Of a DNA stretch of 39,607 nucleotides, positions 9,011-18,645 are shown one piece after another (the stretch's first letter is position 1; each line of letters begins with the position of its first letter). The stretch is from Hadesarchaea archaeon (GTDB lineage: Archaea; Hadarchaeota; Hadarchaeia; Hadarchaeales; WYZ-LMO6). The stretch spans positions 1 to 39,607 of the forward strand of contig JAPDJF010000017.1 of assembly GCA_029259185.1 (NCBI GenBank), given 5' to 3'. The translations under genes were made by a program, and so were the position numbers. Below the pieces are notes generated by a model, which was not told the origin of the DNA, made no database searches, and worked only from the letters and a program-made list of their open reading frames with translations.

Positions 9011-9118
9011 ATATCAAATTTGGAGGGGGGGTTTAAAACCGAGTGTGGGAAAAAATTTGGGGCTATGAAGAGGCTTTCGAGGATCGAAGGGAACTGATGA
9101 AGAACTGAAGCTGAGCCC

Positions 9119-9535
9119 CTACCCTACGTAATCAGGTTTTTCCTCTTTCTTTGAGGTGGGTTTGGGTATGCTCGGTAAGGGGATGGGTGGAGGAATGTGG
9201 AGAGATCTTGAGATGAGAGTTGCCTCTACTAAAGAGCTCCCAGTTATGGATTGCAGGAGCACGATAGGGGGGGTTCGTCGCTTCTCAAATTCTTCGCGGA
9301 TCTTTTCCAGCTCCTTTCGGTCTCCAGATAAAACGGCTCTCCCCTTCAGACTCATCTGAGCCACGGAGGGAGAATAGTTTATCGTGACTACATAAGGGGC
9401 CACGAGTCTCTCTTCTTGGAGCTGAATACTCACCACGTTGACGTTTGTGGAGATGTGGATTCCCTTGGGCAGTGGTTTCCCTAGCTCCCAGAATCTTTCC
9501 GCTGAGACGTAGTTAAGTTGGATGCTCACTTCCAT
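9119..9535 (-). CDS. Conserved archaeal hypothetical protein (possible SecB-like fold)
   Basis: Beta-rich N-terminus followed by helices and a PPPIPLP tail; divergent from tRNA-Trp; function not known. Confidence 0.6.
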   Translation of the reverse strand: MEVSIQLNYVSAERFWELGKPLPKGIHISTNVNVVSIQLQEERLVAPYVVTINYSPSVAQMSLKGRAVLSGDRKELEKIREEFEKRRTPPIVLLQSITGSSLVEATLISRSLHIPPPIPLPSIPKPTSKKEEKPDYVG

Positions 9536-9625
9536 TCTTTCATTCTCTAATCAGTTTACAAGCTTTTTAACTGTGGTAGCAAGTAAACTTTTAAGATTTT
9601 TTAATTTTGCGAGCTAAGAAAGTAA

Positions 9626-9760
9626 GGGGCCGTGGTGTAGCTTGGTAGCACAGCGGGCTCCAGTGAAGAATCGTGGGTCTACTGACATCGTGAATGATGA
9701 CCCACTGGAGCGGTGCGAAGAGACCCGCAAACCCGGGTTCAAATCCTGGCGGCCCCACCA
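9626..9760 (+). tRNA. tRNA-Trp(CCA) with 59-nt intron (37/38) at 9664-9722
   Basis: Acceptor GGGGCCG/CGGCCCC, A73, CCA; anticodon stem GCGGG/CCCGC; CCA at 9660-9662; T loop TTCAAAT. Confidence 0.95.
9663..9722 (+). ncRNA. Intron-encoded box C/D guide RNA of pre-tRNA-Trp
   Basis: C GTGAAGA, D' CTGA (9682-9685), C' ATGATGA, D-like GCGA (9715-9718); guides GTGGGTCT and CACTGGAGC are complementary to the two exon-intron junction regions; known architecture of euryarchaeal tRNA-Trp introns. Confidence 0.85.
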
Positions 9761-9797
9761 TTCGGGTTGCTCAACGATCCACCGTGTGCCGGTCCCC

Positions 9798-10061
9798 TCA
9801 CTTGAACCAGGCCGCATCTACGTATATGAGTTTAGCCCGCTTATCGACCCGGTAGCCGAAACGGTGCCTCCCGACACGCAATCTATGGCTGAACTCCTCA
9901 CCCTTCCAGGGCGCGATGTCCACGCCGGGCCTCGTTTTGAGGGGATTTTTTGCGAGTTCCCGAAGCCCATGAACGCACCGCTTGGCGTCCTTTGGAGCAT
10001 CCCTCGCAAGCTTTAGTAAATACTTGGATACGCCCGGGTGGAGCAGGACTTCATAGCCCAA
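9798..10061 (-). CDS. Type II toxin, RelE/ParE family
   Basis: YEVLLHP..KYL...L.ELAKNP...RLRVGRHRFGYRVD...IYV; start moved to TTG 10061 overlapping the antitoxin end. Confidence 0.8.
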   Translation of the reverse strand: MGYEVLLHPGVSKYLLKLARDAPKDAKRCVHGLRELAKNPLKTRPGVDIAPWKGEEFSHRLRVGRHRFGYRVDKRAKLIYVDAAWFK

Positions 10062-10266
10062 GTTTTTTTGCGACCTCTTCGAGAGGGATATACTCATCCT
10101 CTCTCATCTCCTTCAGTTCGCGGAGAGTCGGCGGCTTGCGTGGTAGCGTTTCCTCGAGCAGACGGTTGATCAGCTCGTCGTAGCTCTCGTTTCCGATGCG
10201 GTAGCGCTCAAGCTTGAGCTTGGTTCCTGGTCTGATAGCAATGGTAGTTCTTGTAGGTTTTTTCAT
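10051..10266 (-). CDS. Cognate antitoxin, ribbon-helix-helix type
   Basis: TTIAI...KLKL...ESYDELINRLL; C-terminal IPLEEVAKKLGL; overlaps the toxin start. Confidence 0.8.
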   Translation of the reverse strand: MKKPTRTTIAIRPGTKLKLERYRIGNESYDELINRLLEETLPRKPPTLRELKEMREDEYIPLEEVAKKLGL

Positions 10267-10530
10267 CGTATATACTTTTTCTATGGTTTATTTATAACTT
10301 ATCCAGTTAGAATCACCTAACCATCCCGTTGGAGTCATCGCGTCTGGATAAATCAGAGTACTCGGAGATATACCGTGGGGATCCTTTCAAATTTTGTGAA
10401 TCGTTGAGCATTCCGGACGGCAACGGCCCCACCAGCCTCGCCCGTGTTTGAGAAAAAAGTTGGGCGTGGAGAAGGAAACCCGAACCCCGAACCCGCAAAT
10501 TTTTTATCATCTCTTAACCAAGACAACTCA

Positions 10531-11121
10531 ATGCCCAGTCGAAAACAGGAGCTGGCCAATCCAGCCGCACTTGGATTGATGGCGTTCGGCTTTACAACGA
10601 TCCTGCTCAGCTTGGTTAACATGGATATCGTTGACGCAACACTTGAAGCTAGCTTCGTCCTCACCATGGGAATCTTTTTCGGAGGATTCGGGCAGCTGTT
10701 GGCGGGGTGGGTGGCGTTCAGGAGGGGGGAAATGTTTCCGGCAACGGTCTTTACCGCATATGGGATATTTTGGGAAAGCTTAGCGTTTTACTGGGTTTTG
10801 GTGGCACCCCCCGTGGGTATCGCGAGTGTGGCCTCTGGTGGGGCTATCGCTTCCTTTATGTTGATCTGGGGGATATTTACGCTTCTTATGTGGGTCTTCA
10901 CGTTTTACCACACCTGGAACTTGGTGTTCGTGTTTGGAACTCTGTGGATAACATTTTTCCTGCTCGGTGCACATCCCATTCTGGAAAGTGAGGTTATCCT
11001 CAAGTGGGCGGGAGGCGTCGGGCTGATATGTGGAGCACTAGCGGTCTGGACGGGATTTGGCTTGTTGTTCTTAGATCATACCGGAAGGAAGTTACCGGGT
11101 ATGGGCAGACCACTAAGGTAA
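10531..11121 (+). CDS. Acetate uptake transporter, SatP/GPR1/FUN34/YaaH family
   Basis: ANPAALGLMAFGFTT signature, GG.GQLLAG, YG.FW, six TM segments; start moved to ATG 10531 with TTTTTATC box 23-30 nt upstream. Confidence 0.9.
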   Translation: MPSRKQELANPAALGLMAFGFTTILLSLVNMDIVDATLEASFVLTMGIFFGGFGQLLAGWVAFRRGEMFPATVFTAYGIFWESLAFYWVLVAPPVGIASVASGGAIASFMLIWGIFTLLMWVFTFYHTWNLVFVFGTLWITFFLLGAHPILESEVILKWAGGVGLICGALAVWTGFGLLFLDHTGRKLPGMGRPLR

Positions 11122-11123
11122 GA

Positions 11124-12671
11124 TCAAGATCTTCTCAGGAAGTACCTGTTTATTCCGTTGATCATCGCCTCGACGCTTGCTAGTACGACATCTTCTCGGA
11201 CACCTTTGGAGAGGTAGAGATTCCCTTCCTCGTCTTCGAGTTTCACCGTGACCTCAGCCAAGGCATCGCTTCCTCCGGTGATCGCATCCAAGTGGTATTC
11301 CTTGAGCCTGAGTTTGGAAACTTCGGCAATTGCACCCCGGATCGCGTTGATGGCAGCATCCACCGGCCCAACTCCAACGCTGGATCCAACTCTCTCCTTT
11401 CCCCTCACCACCAACCGCACCGTGGCTGTGGGCGTGATGGTGTTACCCGTGCTGACTAAGACTTCCTTGATTTCCACAGCTTTCTTCTCCTCCGGGAGCT
11501 TTCCAACGATGTGCTCGGCTATAGCCCTTATGTCAGCATCCGTGATACGCTTACCCTTGTCGCAGAGGGATTTTACGTGCTTGGTTATCTCCTCCAGCTG
11601 CTTCTTCGTGGGTTTGAGCCCCATTTCGCGCACTTCTTTTTCGATCGATCTCATGCCTGCATGCTTTCCCACCACGAGTCTTCTGTGGTGTCCGACGAGT
11701 TCGGGGGAAAGCGGTTCGTAAGTTCCCGGAAAGCTCAGGATGCCGTGCACGTGGACTCCCGATTCATGGGCGAATGCGTTCTCTCCTACGATCGCTTTGT
11801 TTGGGGGCACAGGCACACCAGTGAGCCGCTCTACGAGTTCCGAGGTCTCCACTAGCAGCGGGGTTCGAACCTTGGGCTTTATTCCGTAAAAACTGCGGAG
11901 GGCCATGACGACCTCTTCCAAAGACGCATTCCCCGCCCTTTCCCCGAGCCCGTTTACCGTCACGTGGACTTGTTCTGCTCCCGCCTCCACGGCGGCGAGC
12001 GAATTGGAAACGGCCAATCCGAAGTCGTCGTGGCAGTGCACACTGATCGGAACATTTATCTCTTGTTTCAAGGTGGAGATGAGATGGTACATGGCCTTCG
12101 GAGTTATAACCCCGACGGTGTCGGGTACATTTATTCTATCAGCTCCCGCCTTCGTCACCGCTTTGTAAACCTCTTTGAGAAAGTCCAGATCGGTGCGGGT
12201 CGCATCTTCGGCCGAAAATTCTACGGTTATTCCTTTCCTCTTAGCGTACTTGACATGGTCTACGGCGCGCTTCAATACATCTTTCCTTCCCATCTTTAGC
12301 TTGTGTTTGAGGTGGATATCTGAGGTGGCGATGAAGAGGTGGATGCAGTCCACTCCACATTCGATCGCGACATCGACATCCTCTTTTGAGCACCTAGCGA
12401 GAGCGCATACCTCAGATCGTAGCTTGGCGTTTGCGATGCTTTTGACGGCCTGGTACTCCCCCTCCGATACCACCGGGAAACCGGCTTCGATGCTGTCAAC
12501 CCTCAAGTTGTCGAGTTGATGAGCTATGCGAAGCTTCTGCTCGGGTGTCAGGGATACTCCGGGAGTCTGTTCTCCGTCCCTCAGAGTGGTGTCGAAGATC
12601 CTCACATACTTCGGAAGCTTCGTTCGCTTAATTATCTCTTCATTCAGTTCACTGACGAGTGTTGGTTGCAT
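11124..12671 (-). CDS. leuA: 2-isopropylmalate synthase
   Basis: DTTLRDGEQTPG, EAGFPVVS, HLFIATS, HCHDDFG, GERAGNA, C-terminal regulatory domain; start moved to ATG 12671. Confidence 0.85.
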   Translation of the reverse strand: MQPTLVSELNEEIIKRTKLPKYVRIFDTTLRDGEQTPGVSLTPEQKLRIAHQLDNLRVDSIEAGFPVVSEGEYQAVKSIANAKLRSEVCALARCSKEDVDVAIECGVDCIHLFIATSDIHLKHKLKMGRKDVLKRAVDHVKYAKRKGITVEFSAEDATRTDLDFLKEVYKAVTKAGADRINVPDTVGVITPKAMYHLISTLKQEINVPISVHCHDDFGLAVSNSLAAVEAGAEQVHVTVNGLGERAGNASLEEVVMALRSFYGIKPKVRTPLLVETSELVERLTGVPVPPNKAIVGENAFAHESGVHVHGILSFPGTYEPLSPELVGHHRRLVVGKHAGMRSIEKEVREMGLKPTKKQLEEITKHVKSLCDKGKRITDADIRAIAEHIVGKLPEEKKAVEIKEVLVSTGNTITPTATVRLVVRGKERVGSSVGVGPVDAAINAIRGAIAEVSKLRLKEYHLDAITGGSDALAEVTVKLEDEEGNLYLSKGVREDVVLASVEAMINGINRYFLRRS

Positions 12672-12700
12672 GAGTTCACTATTGTTTATCCAGTCCACAG

Positions 12701-12710
12701 TATATATTAA
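12701..12710. promoter_or_regulatory. Shared, probably bidirectional TATA element between leuA and cimA
   Basis: TATATATTAA centred in a 64-bp gap, 26-35 nt from both start codons. Confidence 0.55.
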
Positions 12711-12735
12711 CTTGAGACCCACCAGAGGTTTTAGG

Positions 12736-14250
12736 ATGGTTAAACCTGTAGTGAGAGTTCTGGACACGACCCTGCGCGATGGGGAGCAAATGCCAGGGTT
12801 AGCCTTCAACTCGGAGCAGAAGTTAGAGATAGCTATGGCACTCGATGATCTTGGGGTGGACATAATCGAGGCCGGCTCAGCCATAATATCTGAGGGGGAA
12901 AGGGATGCCCTGAAGAAGCTATCTAGGGCGAGGTTGGATGCGGAGATATGTAGTTTTGCGAGAGGGGTTAAGGCGGACATCGATGCGGCGCTGGAGTGCG
13001 GTGTCGACAGCGTCCATTTGGTTCTTCCGACCTCCGATCTTCATCTGAGATACAAGCTCAGGAAGTCCCGCTCCCAGCTCAAAGAAACGGCGGCGGAGAT
13101 GGCTAGGTACGCATTGGATCATGGACTGAAGGTGGAACTCTCGGCTGAAGATGGAACCAGAACGGCTCCTAGTTTCTTGAAGGAGTTCTTCTCGGTGGGG
13201 GTGGAAGAGGGTGTGCATCGCCTCTGTGTCTGTGATACGGTGGGCGTGATGACTCCCGAGCGTATGCAGGAGTTATTTCTCGATCTCACTAGAACTTTCA
13301 AACTCCCCATAGCGGTGCATTGCCACAACGATTTCGGTCTTGCCACCGCAAACACGCTCGCAGCGGTCAGAGGGGGAGCTCAGGAAGTTCACGTGACGGT
13401 AAACGGGCTCGGGGAAAGGGCGGGGAATGCGTCTTTGGAAGAGGTCGTGCTTTCCCTCCACCATTTCTATAAAGTGGGGACGAACGTTGATCTGAAAAAA
13501 TTGTATAGGGTCTCACGCTTGGTGGAACGACTTGCAGGGCTCCCCATCCCTCCCAATAAGGCTGTGGTAGGAGAAAACGCGTTCTCACACGAGTCCGGAA
13601 TCCACACCCATGGGGTGCTTAAACACCCTTTGACATACGAGCCGATATCCCCCGAAGTGGTGGGACAGAGGAGGAAGTTCGTGTTCGGAAAGCATGTGGG
13701 GACATCGGCCATCCGGAACGAACTCAGACAGATGGGACTGAAGCCATCGGAGGAGCAAGTCAAAGAGATATTCAATCAAGTGAAACGACTCGGGGATCGA
13801 GGGAAGCTCGTTACGGATGCGGAGTGGAGGGCAATAGTCGATTCGGTGATGGGTCGTTCGTTTGAAGAAATCCTGAAGCTCAAGGAGTTAACGGTAGTGA
13901 GTGGAAACAAAATCACACCAACAGCCTCCGTACGCTTGCTCGTCCACGAGAAAGAATTTACTGACTCGGGGGTCGGGGTTGGGCCGGTGGATGCCACCAT
14001 CAATGCGATCAGGAAAATAGTTGAGGGGATGTCGAACATAAGGCTTCAAGAATACCATGTGGATGCGATCTCCGGTGGAACCGACGCGATGGTTAACGTG
14101 GTAGTGAAGCTCACCGATGGAAAGAGGATAATAACGGCTCGTGGAGCCTCAGGAGATATCATCATGGCAAGCGTTCAGGCTATGCTCAACGGAGTGAACC
14201 GATTGTTGTGGGACAAGAGGTTGAAGGGGAATGCCAAAAGAAAAATCTAA
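12736..14250 (+). CDS. cimA: (R)-citramalate synthase
   Basis: EAGSAIISEGER, DIDAALECGVDSVHLVLPTS, RLCVCDTVG typical of archaeal CimA; start moved to ATG 12736. Confidence 0.82.
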   Translation: MVKPVVRVLDTTLRDGEQMPGLAFNSEQKLEIAMALDDLGVDIIEAGSAIISEGERDALKKLSRARLDAEICSFARGVKADIDAALECGVDSVHLVLPTSDLHLRYKLRKSRSQLKETAAEMARYALDHGLKVELSAEDGTRTAPSFLKEFFSVGVEEGVHRLCVCDTVGVMTPERMQELFLDLTRTFKLPIAVHCHNDFGLATANTLAAVRGGAQEVHVTVNGLGERAGNASLEEVVLSLHHFYKVGTNVDLKKLYRVSRLVERLAGLPIPPNKAVVGENAFSHESGIHTHGVLKHPLTYEPISPEVVGQRRKFVFGKHVGTSAIRNELRQMGLKPSEEQVKEIFNQVKRLGDRGKLVTDAEWRAIVDSVMGRSFEEILKLKELTVVSGNKITPTASVRLLVHEKEFTDSGVGVGPVDATINAIRKIVEGMSNIRLQEYHVDAISGGTDAMVNVVVKLTDGKRIITARGASGDIIMASVQAMLNGVNRLLWDKRLKGNAKRKI

Positions 14251-14527
14251 GGAAATGGAGGAGAGACTCCGTCTCCCCGGTGAGGGGGAAGTCCTTGGAG
14301 TGGTCGAGCAAATAGTTGGTTTCGATAGACTTAGGGTGAGGTGCAGGGATGGACACGTTCGCATATGCAGGATCCCGGGAAAGATGAAGAAACGGAACTG
14401 GGTGAGGGTGGACGATGTGGTCATTATAACCCCTTGGGAGGTAGAGGGGAGCAGGAAGGGAGATCTCACTTACAGGTACACGAAAACCGAAGTTGAGTGG
14501 CTGAGGAAAAAAGGACTGTGGGAATAA
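14231..14527 (+). CDS. eif1a: Translation initiation factor aIF-1A
   Basis: RLRLPGEGEVLGVV, VRCRDG..RICRIPGKMKKR.WV..DDVVI..PW. Confidence 0.95.
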   Translation: MPKEKSKEMEERLRLPGEGEVLGVVEQIVGFDRLRVRCRDGHVRICRIPGKMKKRNWVRVDDVVIITPWEVEGSRKGDLTYRYTKTEVEWLRKKGLWE

Positions 14528-14530
14528 GCT

Positions 14531-15304
14531 TTGTCGAGCGACTTTAGAAAATTCTTGCGGAAGGAAGAACAGCGAAAGTTCGAGAGACTCGAGAAGGATG
14601 CTGAAACTTACAAGATAATGGAGAGGGTTTTCGATACCTCTACACTTCTCGTGTTGTATCGCATGATGAACCGGGGAACCATAGATCTCTTTCAGGGGGT
14701 GGTGAGTACGGGGAAAGAAGCACACGTCTACCGTGCGCTGGATCCGGAGGGGAGGTACGTGGCTGTTAAGATATATCGTGTGGCGACCTCTGATTTCAAA
14801 AATATGTACAGATATCTAGCTTGCGATCCTAGATTCAAAGGGGTTCACAAGGAACGCAGGCACGTGGTCCATGCTTGGACTTCTAGAGAATTCAAAAACC
14901 TGCAGCGAGCTTACGAAGCAGGGGTTTCAGTGCCGAGGGCTTTGGATCACGAAAAAAACGTGCTAGTGATGGAGTTTATAGGGGAGGGAGGGGTGCCGTA
15001 TCCCAGGATGAAAGACATTCCGCCAGAAAATCCAAAAAAAGTATTTGAGAATTTGGTGGAGAACATATCGCTCCTCTATAAGGAGGCGAATCTTGTGCAT
15101 TCTGATTTGAGCGAGTACAACGTCCTCCTAACTCCAGACCCCGTGTTGATAGACTTCTCGCTCGCCATCGACACCGCAAGCCCAATGACAGAGGAGTTTC
15201 TGATAAGGGATCTTAGGAATTTGACAAATTATTTCAGGAGACTTGGGGTTAAGGTCCCTAACGTAGGAGAGCTCTTGGAGGAGGTTAAAGGTGAACGGGC
15301 CTGA
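14531..15304 (+). CDS. rio1: RIO1 family atypical protein kinase
   Basis: STGKEAHVY, AVKIYR, W..REF.NL, LVHSDLSEYN, IDFS. Confidence 0.93.
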   Translation: MSSDFRKFLRKEEQRKFERLEKDAETYKIMERVFDTSTLLVLYRMMNRGTIDLFQGVVSTGKEAHVYRALDPEGRYVAVKIYRVATSDFKNMYRYLACDPRFKGVHKERRHVVHAWTSREFKNLQRAYEAGVSVPRALDHEKNVLVMEFIGEGGVPYPRMKDIPPENPKKVFENLVENISLLYKEANLVHSDLSEYNVLLTPDPVLIDFSLAIDTASPMTEEFLIRDLRNLTNYFRRLGVKVPNVGELLEEVKGERA

Positions 15305-15875
15305 GGAGAGGGTGGAGTGTATTCTCCTGCCCAAGGATCGGGTGGGGGTGGCGATAGGGAAGAACGGGAAAGTGAAAGAGGAGATCGAGCGGAGGGGGAA
15401 AGTAAAGCTGAGCTTTGATAGCGAGGGAGGAGAGGTGTGGATAACCTCAGGAGAGGATCCGTTATCCACCCTCAAAGTCAAGAACGTGTTGAGAGCGATA
15501 GGGAGAGGATTCAGTCCTGAAAAAGCCTTCAGACTCTTCGAAGACGATCAGTATCTAGAGGTGATAAATCTGGCTGACTATGTTAACTCAGAGAAGGCCA
15601 TGGTGAGGTTGAAGGGAAGGGTAATAGGAGAAAGGGGGAGAACCCGTGAGACGATAGAGACGGTGTCGGGAGTTCATGTCTCGGTTTATGGGAAAACGGT
15701 GGCCCTGATAGGTGAACTGGAAAAGTTGCAGGTGGCGAAAAGGGCTATCGAGATGTTGTTAGAGGGAGCAAAACATTCAACGGTTTATAGATTTTTAGAG
15801 CGTGCACGGAAAGAAATGAGAGAGGTTCAAGCCAGGGCTAAGTTCATCAGAGGGGCCACGAATGAGTTGAGGTGA
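15291..15875 (+). CDS. KH-domain RNA-processing protein (Dim2/Pno1/Krr1-like)
   Basis: IGKNG, AIGRGFSPEKA, RLKGRVIGERGRTR, GAKHSTVY; conserved aIF1A-rio1-KH-topoVI order. Confidence 0.92.
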   Translation: MNGPEERVECILLPKDRVGVAIGKNGKVKEEIERRGKVKLSFDSEGGEVWITSGEDPLSTLKVKNVLRAIGRGFSPEKAFRLFEDDQYLEVINLADYVNSEKAMVRLKGRVIGERGRTRETIETVSGVHVSVYGKTVALIGELEKLQVAKRAIEMLLEGAKHSTVYRFLERARKEMREVQARAKFIRGATNELR

Positions 15876-15879
15876 ACGG

Positions 15880-17457
15880 GTGAGGACTTTAGCGGATGAA
15901 CTGTTCAGGGAATTTCGAGAGCACTCGGTAAGTGAGTTCTTTCGGAAGAATGCAGCGATGCTTGGATATACCGGAAAAATCAGGTCGCTCACCACCGTCG
16001 TACATGAGGGAGTTACGAACTCAATCGATGCATGTGAGGAGGCTGGCATACTCCCGGAAGTGAAAGTTTGGATAAAGAGGGTGAACGAAGAGCCTGACCA
16101 TTTCCACGTGATTATAGAGGATAACGGCCCGGGGATACCTGAGGAGTTCATTCCGGATGTGTTCGGTAAGATGCTTGCGGGGACGAAATTACATCGAAAC
16201 CAACAACAGAGGGGCCAGCAGGGGATAGGTGTATCGGGTGCGACGATGTTCGCCCAGATGACCACCGGCAAGCCAACCGAAGTCATCACCTCTACCGGTA
16301 ACGGGGAGATAGTGAGGGCAGAGGTGATGATAGATGTGAACAAGAATGTGGGACAGGTAATCAGGAAGACGAAAATGAGGGGGAAGTGGAGGGGGACAAA
16401 GGTGAGGTTCGATGTCAAAGATGTTTCGTACATCCGTTCTAGGTATGGACCTTTCAACTATCTCAGGTTGACCGCGATAGCGAATCCACATGTCAGAATA
16501 ATTTTCGAAGAGCCGGATGGAACCCTGACGGTGTTTGAGAGGGGAAGCGAGGAGATCCCGGATAGGCCTAAGCCGATGCCACTCCATCCAGCAGGCGTAA
16601 TGGCCGATGATCTATTGGTTTTGGCGAAGCTCACCAAGAGCAAGACGGTAGGTAATTTTCTCGTCTCCGAGCTCTCGAGGATGACAAAAGAAAGAGTAAG
16701 TGAGGTCGAGCGGATCTCGGGGGTGAACATGCGAAAGAAACCATCTGAACTCACGTGGGAAGATGCGGAGAAGGTAGTGAGGGCGTTTAGGAAAATGAAA
16801 TTTATGGCTCCCTCCACCTCCGGACTTAGACCGATAGGGAAAGAGAATATCGAGAAGGGTATCCACCAGATCTTGAGTCCAGAGTTCGTTGCGGTGGTGA
16901 GCAGACCCCCAAAAGTCTATCGGGGGGGAATACCGTTTGCGGTTGAGTCAGCCATAGCCTATGGGGGAGGGGCAGGGAGGGCGGTGGGAAGGAGTGAAGA
17001 AGGCGAGATAGGCGAAGTCGAGACGGAGGGAATGGAGCTGATGCGCTTTGCGAACAGGGTTCCGCTCGTGTTTGATCAGGGGGGATGTGCGATAACGGCA
17101 GCCGTGAAGAGCATAGACTGGAGGAGGTACGGGGTCGACGTGACGACAGCTCCCATGACAGTAATGGTCAACATCGTCTCAAGCTATGTGCCTTACACTT
17201 CGGCCGGTAAGCAGTCAGTTGCGGCGGAGCCTGAGATCTATGAGGAGGTGAGAAACGCTGTGATGGATGTCGCTAGGGAGTTGCGATATCATCTCCATCG
17301 AAAGCAGAGACAAAAGGAGAGAGAGGAGAGGGCGGGAATATTTGAGAAGTACCTCCCAATAATAGCCACAAAGGCTGCGGGGCTCGCCGGGGTGGATCCC
17401 CCGAGTTTTGAAAGGGTTTTGATGAAGGTAATGGGGATGGAGGATGTCGAAGCTTAA
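15880..17457 (+). CDS. top6B: DNA topoisomerase VI subunit B
   Basis: [39 protein letters not shown]. Confidence 0.95.
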   Translation: MRTLADELFREFREHSVSEFFRKNAAMLGYTGKIRSLTTVVHEGVTNSIDACEEAGILPEVKVWIKRVNEEPDHFHVIIEDNGPGIPEEFIPDVFGKMLAGTKLHRNQQQRGQQGIGVSGATMFAQMTTGKPTEVITSTGNGEIVRAEVMIDVNKNVGQVIRKTKMRGKWRGTKVRFDVKDVSYIRSRYGPFNYLRLTAIANPHVRIIFEEPDGTLTVFERGSEEIPDRPKPMPLHPAGVMADDLLVLAKLTKSKTVGNFLVSELSRMTKERVSEVERISGVNMRKKPSELTWEDAEKVVRAFRKMKFMAPSTSGLRPIGKENIEKGIHQILSPEFVAVVSRPPKVYRGGIPFAVESAIAYGGGAGRAVGRSEEGEIGEVETEGMELMRFANRVPLVFDQGGCAITAAVKSIDWRRYGVDVTTAPMTVMVNIVSSYVPYTSAGKQSVAAEPEIYEEVRNAVMDVARELRYHLHRKQRQKEREERAGIFEKYLPIIATKAAGLAGVDPPSFERVLMKVMGMEDVEA

Positions 17458-18547
17458 GGGGTTAGGGGGAGAACGCAAGAAAAAAGTTCTAGCCAAGCTC
17501 GGAGAGTTTGGGAAAGCCATCGTTCAAGATTTTGAGAGGGGAATTCCACCAAGGCTCAAGATTCCATCGAGGGGCACTTCGAACATAGTGTATGACGAAA
17601 GACATAGATACTATGTCTTGGGACCAGCTTACGGGATCCGCTCTGCTGCCAGCATGACGCAAGTAAAGAAATTGGCTCAAACCCTCTGTGTGGCGGATTT
17701 TTGTAGGCAACTAGTTAATTCTGGGAAGTTTGCTACCCTTAGGGAAATGTACTACACAGCCGAGGGGTGGGAGACCGGACCGTTCTATGATCAAGAGGAG
17801 TCAAACATTCTGGTAGAGGATCTAGAGGCCATCTTCGGACTCAAAAGGGAGGACTTGGGGTTGATGCCCGAAGAGGATGGCGCTGCAGTCTTCGGGGAGA
17901 TAGTTTTGAAGGAAGACAACTCGGTGATCGATGCGACAAAGGCGGGGAGAGGGGGATATACCATCCCGCCGACGATCGATGAGGTAGAATTTGTAAAATG
18001 CAAAGCTAAACGTGTGATAGCGATCGAAACAATGGGTATGTACCATCGTTTCGTCCAAGAACGTGCGTGGAAGAGGTTTAATGCCCTGATAGTAGGGCTC
18101 AAGGGGCAAGCCGCTAGAGCCACGAGGAGGTTCATAAAAAGGGTGAACGAAGAGCTCGGATTGCCTGTCTACTTGTTCACCGATGGCGACCCATTTGGCT
18201 TTCACATAGCGATGGTAATCATTTCGGGCAGCGCTAAACTCGCATACATAAATCACGAACTCGCGGTCCCTGATGCGAAGTATATCGGGGTGACGGCAAG
18301 CGATATAACGAATTACAAACTTCCAACGGACAAACTCCGGGAGCTCGATGTGGCCCGTCTAAAACAGTTGCAGAAAGATCCTAGGTATAACACGGAGTTC
18401 TGGCAGAGAGAGATCAAGAAGATGATTGAGCTCGGGAAGAAAGCCGAACAGCAGGCATTTGCGAAATACGGGTTGGAGTATGTGGTTAAGGAGTATCTCC
18501 CCGCCAAGCTTAGAGAGGTCGAGGGAGAAAAGTTCATCAATCCCTAG
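17444..18547 (+). CDS. top6A: DNA topoisomerase VI subunit A
   Basis: TLREMYY catalytic Tyr; TOPRIM IET..., FTDGDPFG; KAEQQA. Confidence 0.95.
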   Translation: MSKLKGLGGERKKKVLAKLGEFGKAIVQDFERGIPPRLKIPSRGTSNIVYDERHRYYVLGPAYGIRSAASMTQVKKLAQTLCVADFCRQLVNSGKFATLREMYYTAEGWETGPFYDQEESNILVEDLEAIFGLKREDLGLMPEEDGAAVFGEIVLKEDNSVIDATKAGRGGYTIPPTIDEVEFVKCKAKRVIAIETMGMYHRFVQERAWKRFNALIVGLKGQAARATRRFIKRVNEELGLPVYLFTDGDPFGFHIAMVIISGSAKLAYINHELAVPDAKYIGVTASDITNYKLPTDKLRELDVARLKQLQKDPRYNTEFWQREIKKMIELGKKAEQQAFAKYGLEYVVKEYLPAKLREVEGEKFINP

Positions 18548-18628
18548 CTTTTTTAGGTCGAGTTTGGAAAGTTAGCCACTTCCGAGAGCGGATAAGAATT
18601 TATGAGAGTTGTTGGAATACTAACTAAT

Positions 18629-18645
18629 GCCGGGGAGTGCCGGGG
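18629..18645 (+). repeat. Tandem copy of the tRNA-Asn 5' acceptor strand in the leader (GCCGGGG twice)
   Basis: GCCGGGG at 18629-18635 and 18639-18645; leader GCCGGGGAG is complementary to CTCCCCGGC at 18779-18787. Confidence 0.85.

Larger units (their letters stand above)
9750..10434. mobile_element. tRNA-Trp-associated mini-islet bounded by an 11-bp direct repeat, carrying a TA pair
   Basis: CGGCCCCACCA at 9750-9760 (tRNA 3' end) recurs at 10424-10434; no integrase inside. Confidence 0.6.

Noticed and set aside
12526-12980. Long overlapping N-terminal extensions of leuA and cimA in the ORF track
   Set aside because: The extensions are antisense read-through of the opposite paralog; homology begins at ATG 12671 and ATG 12736
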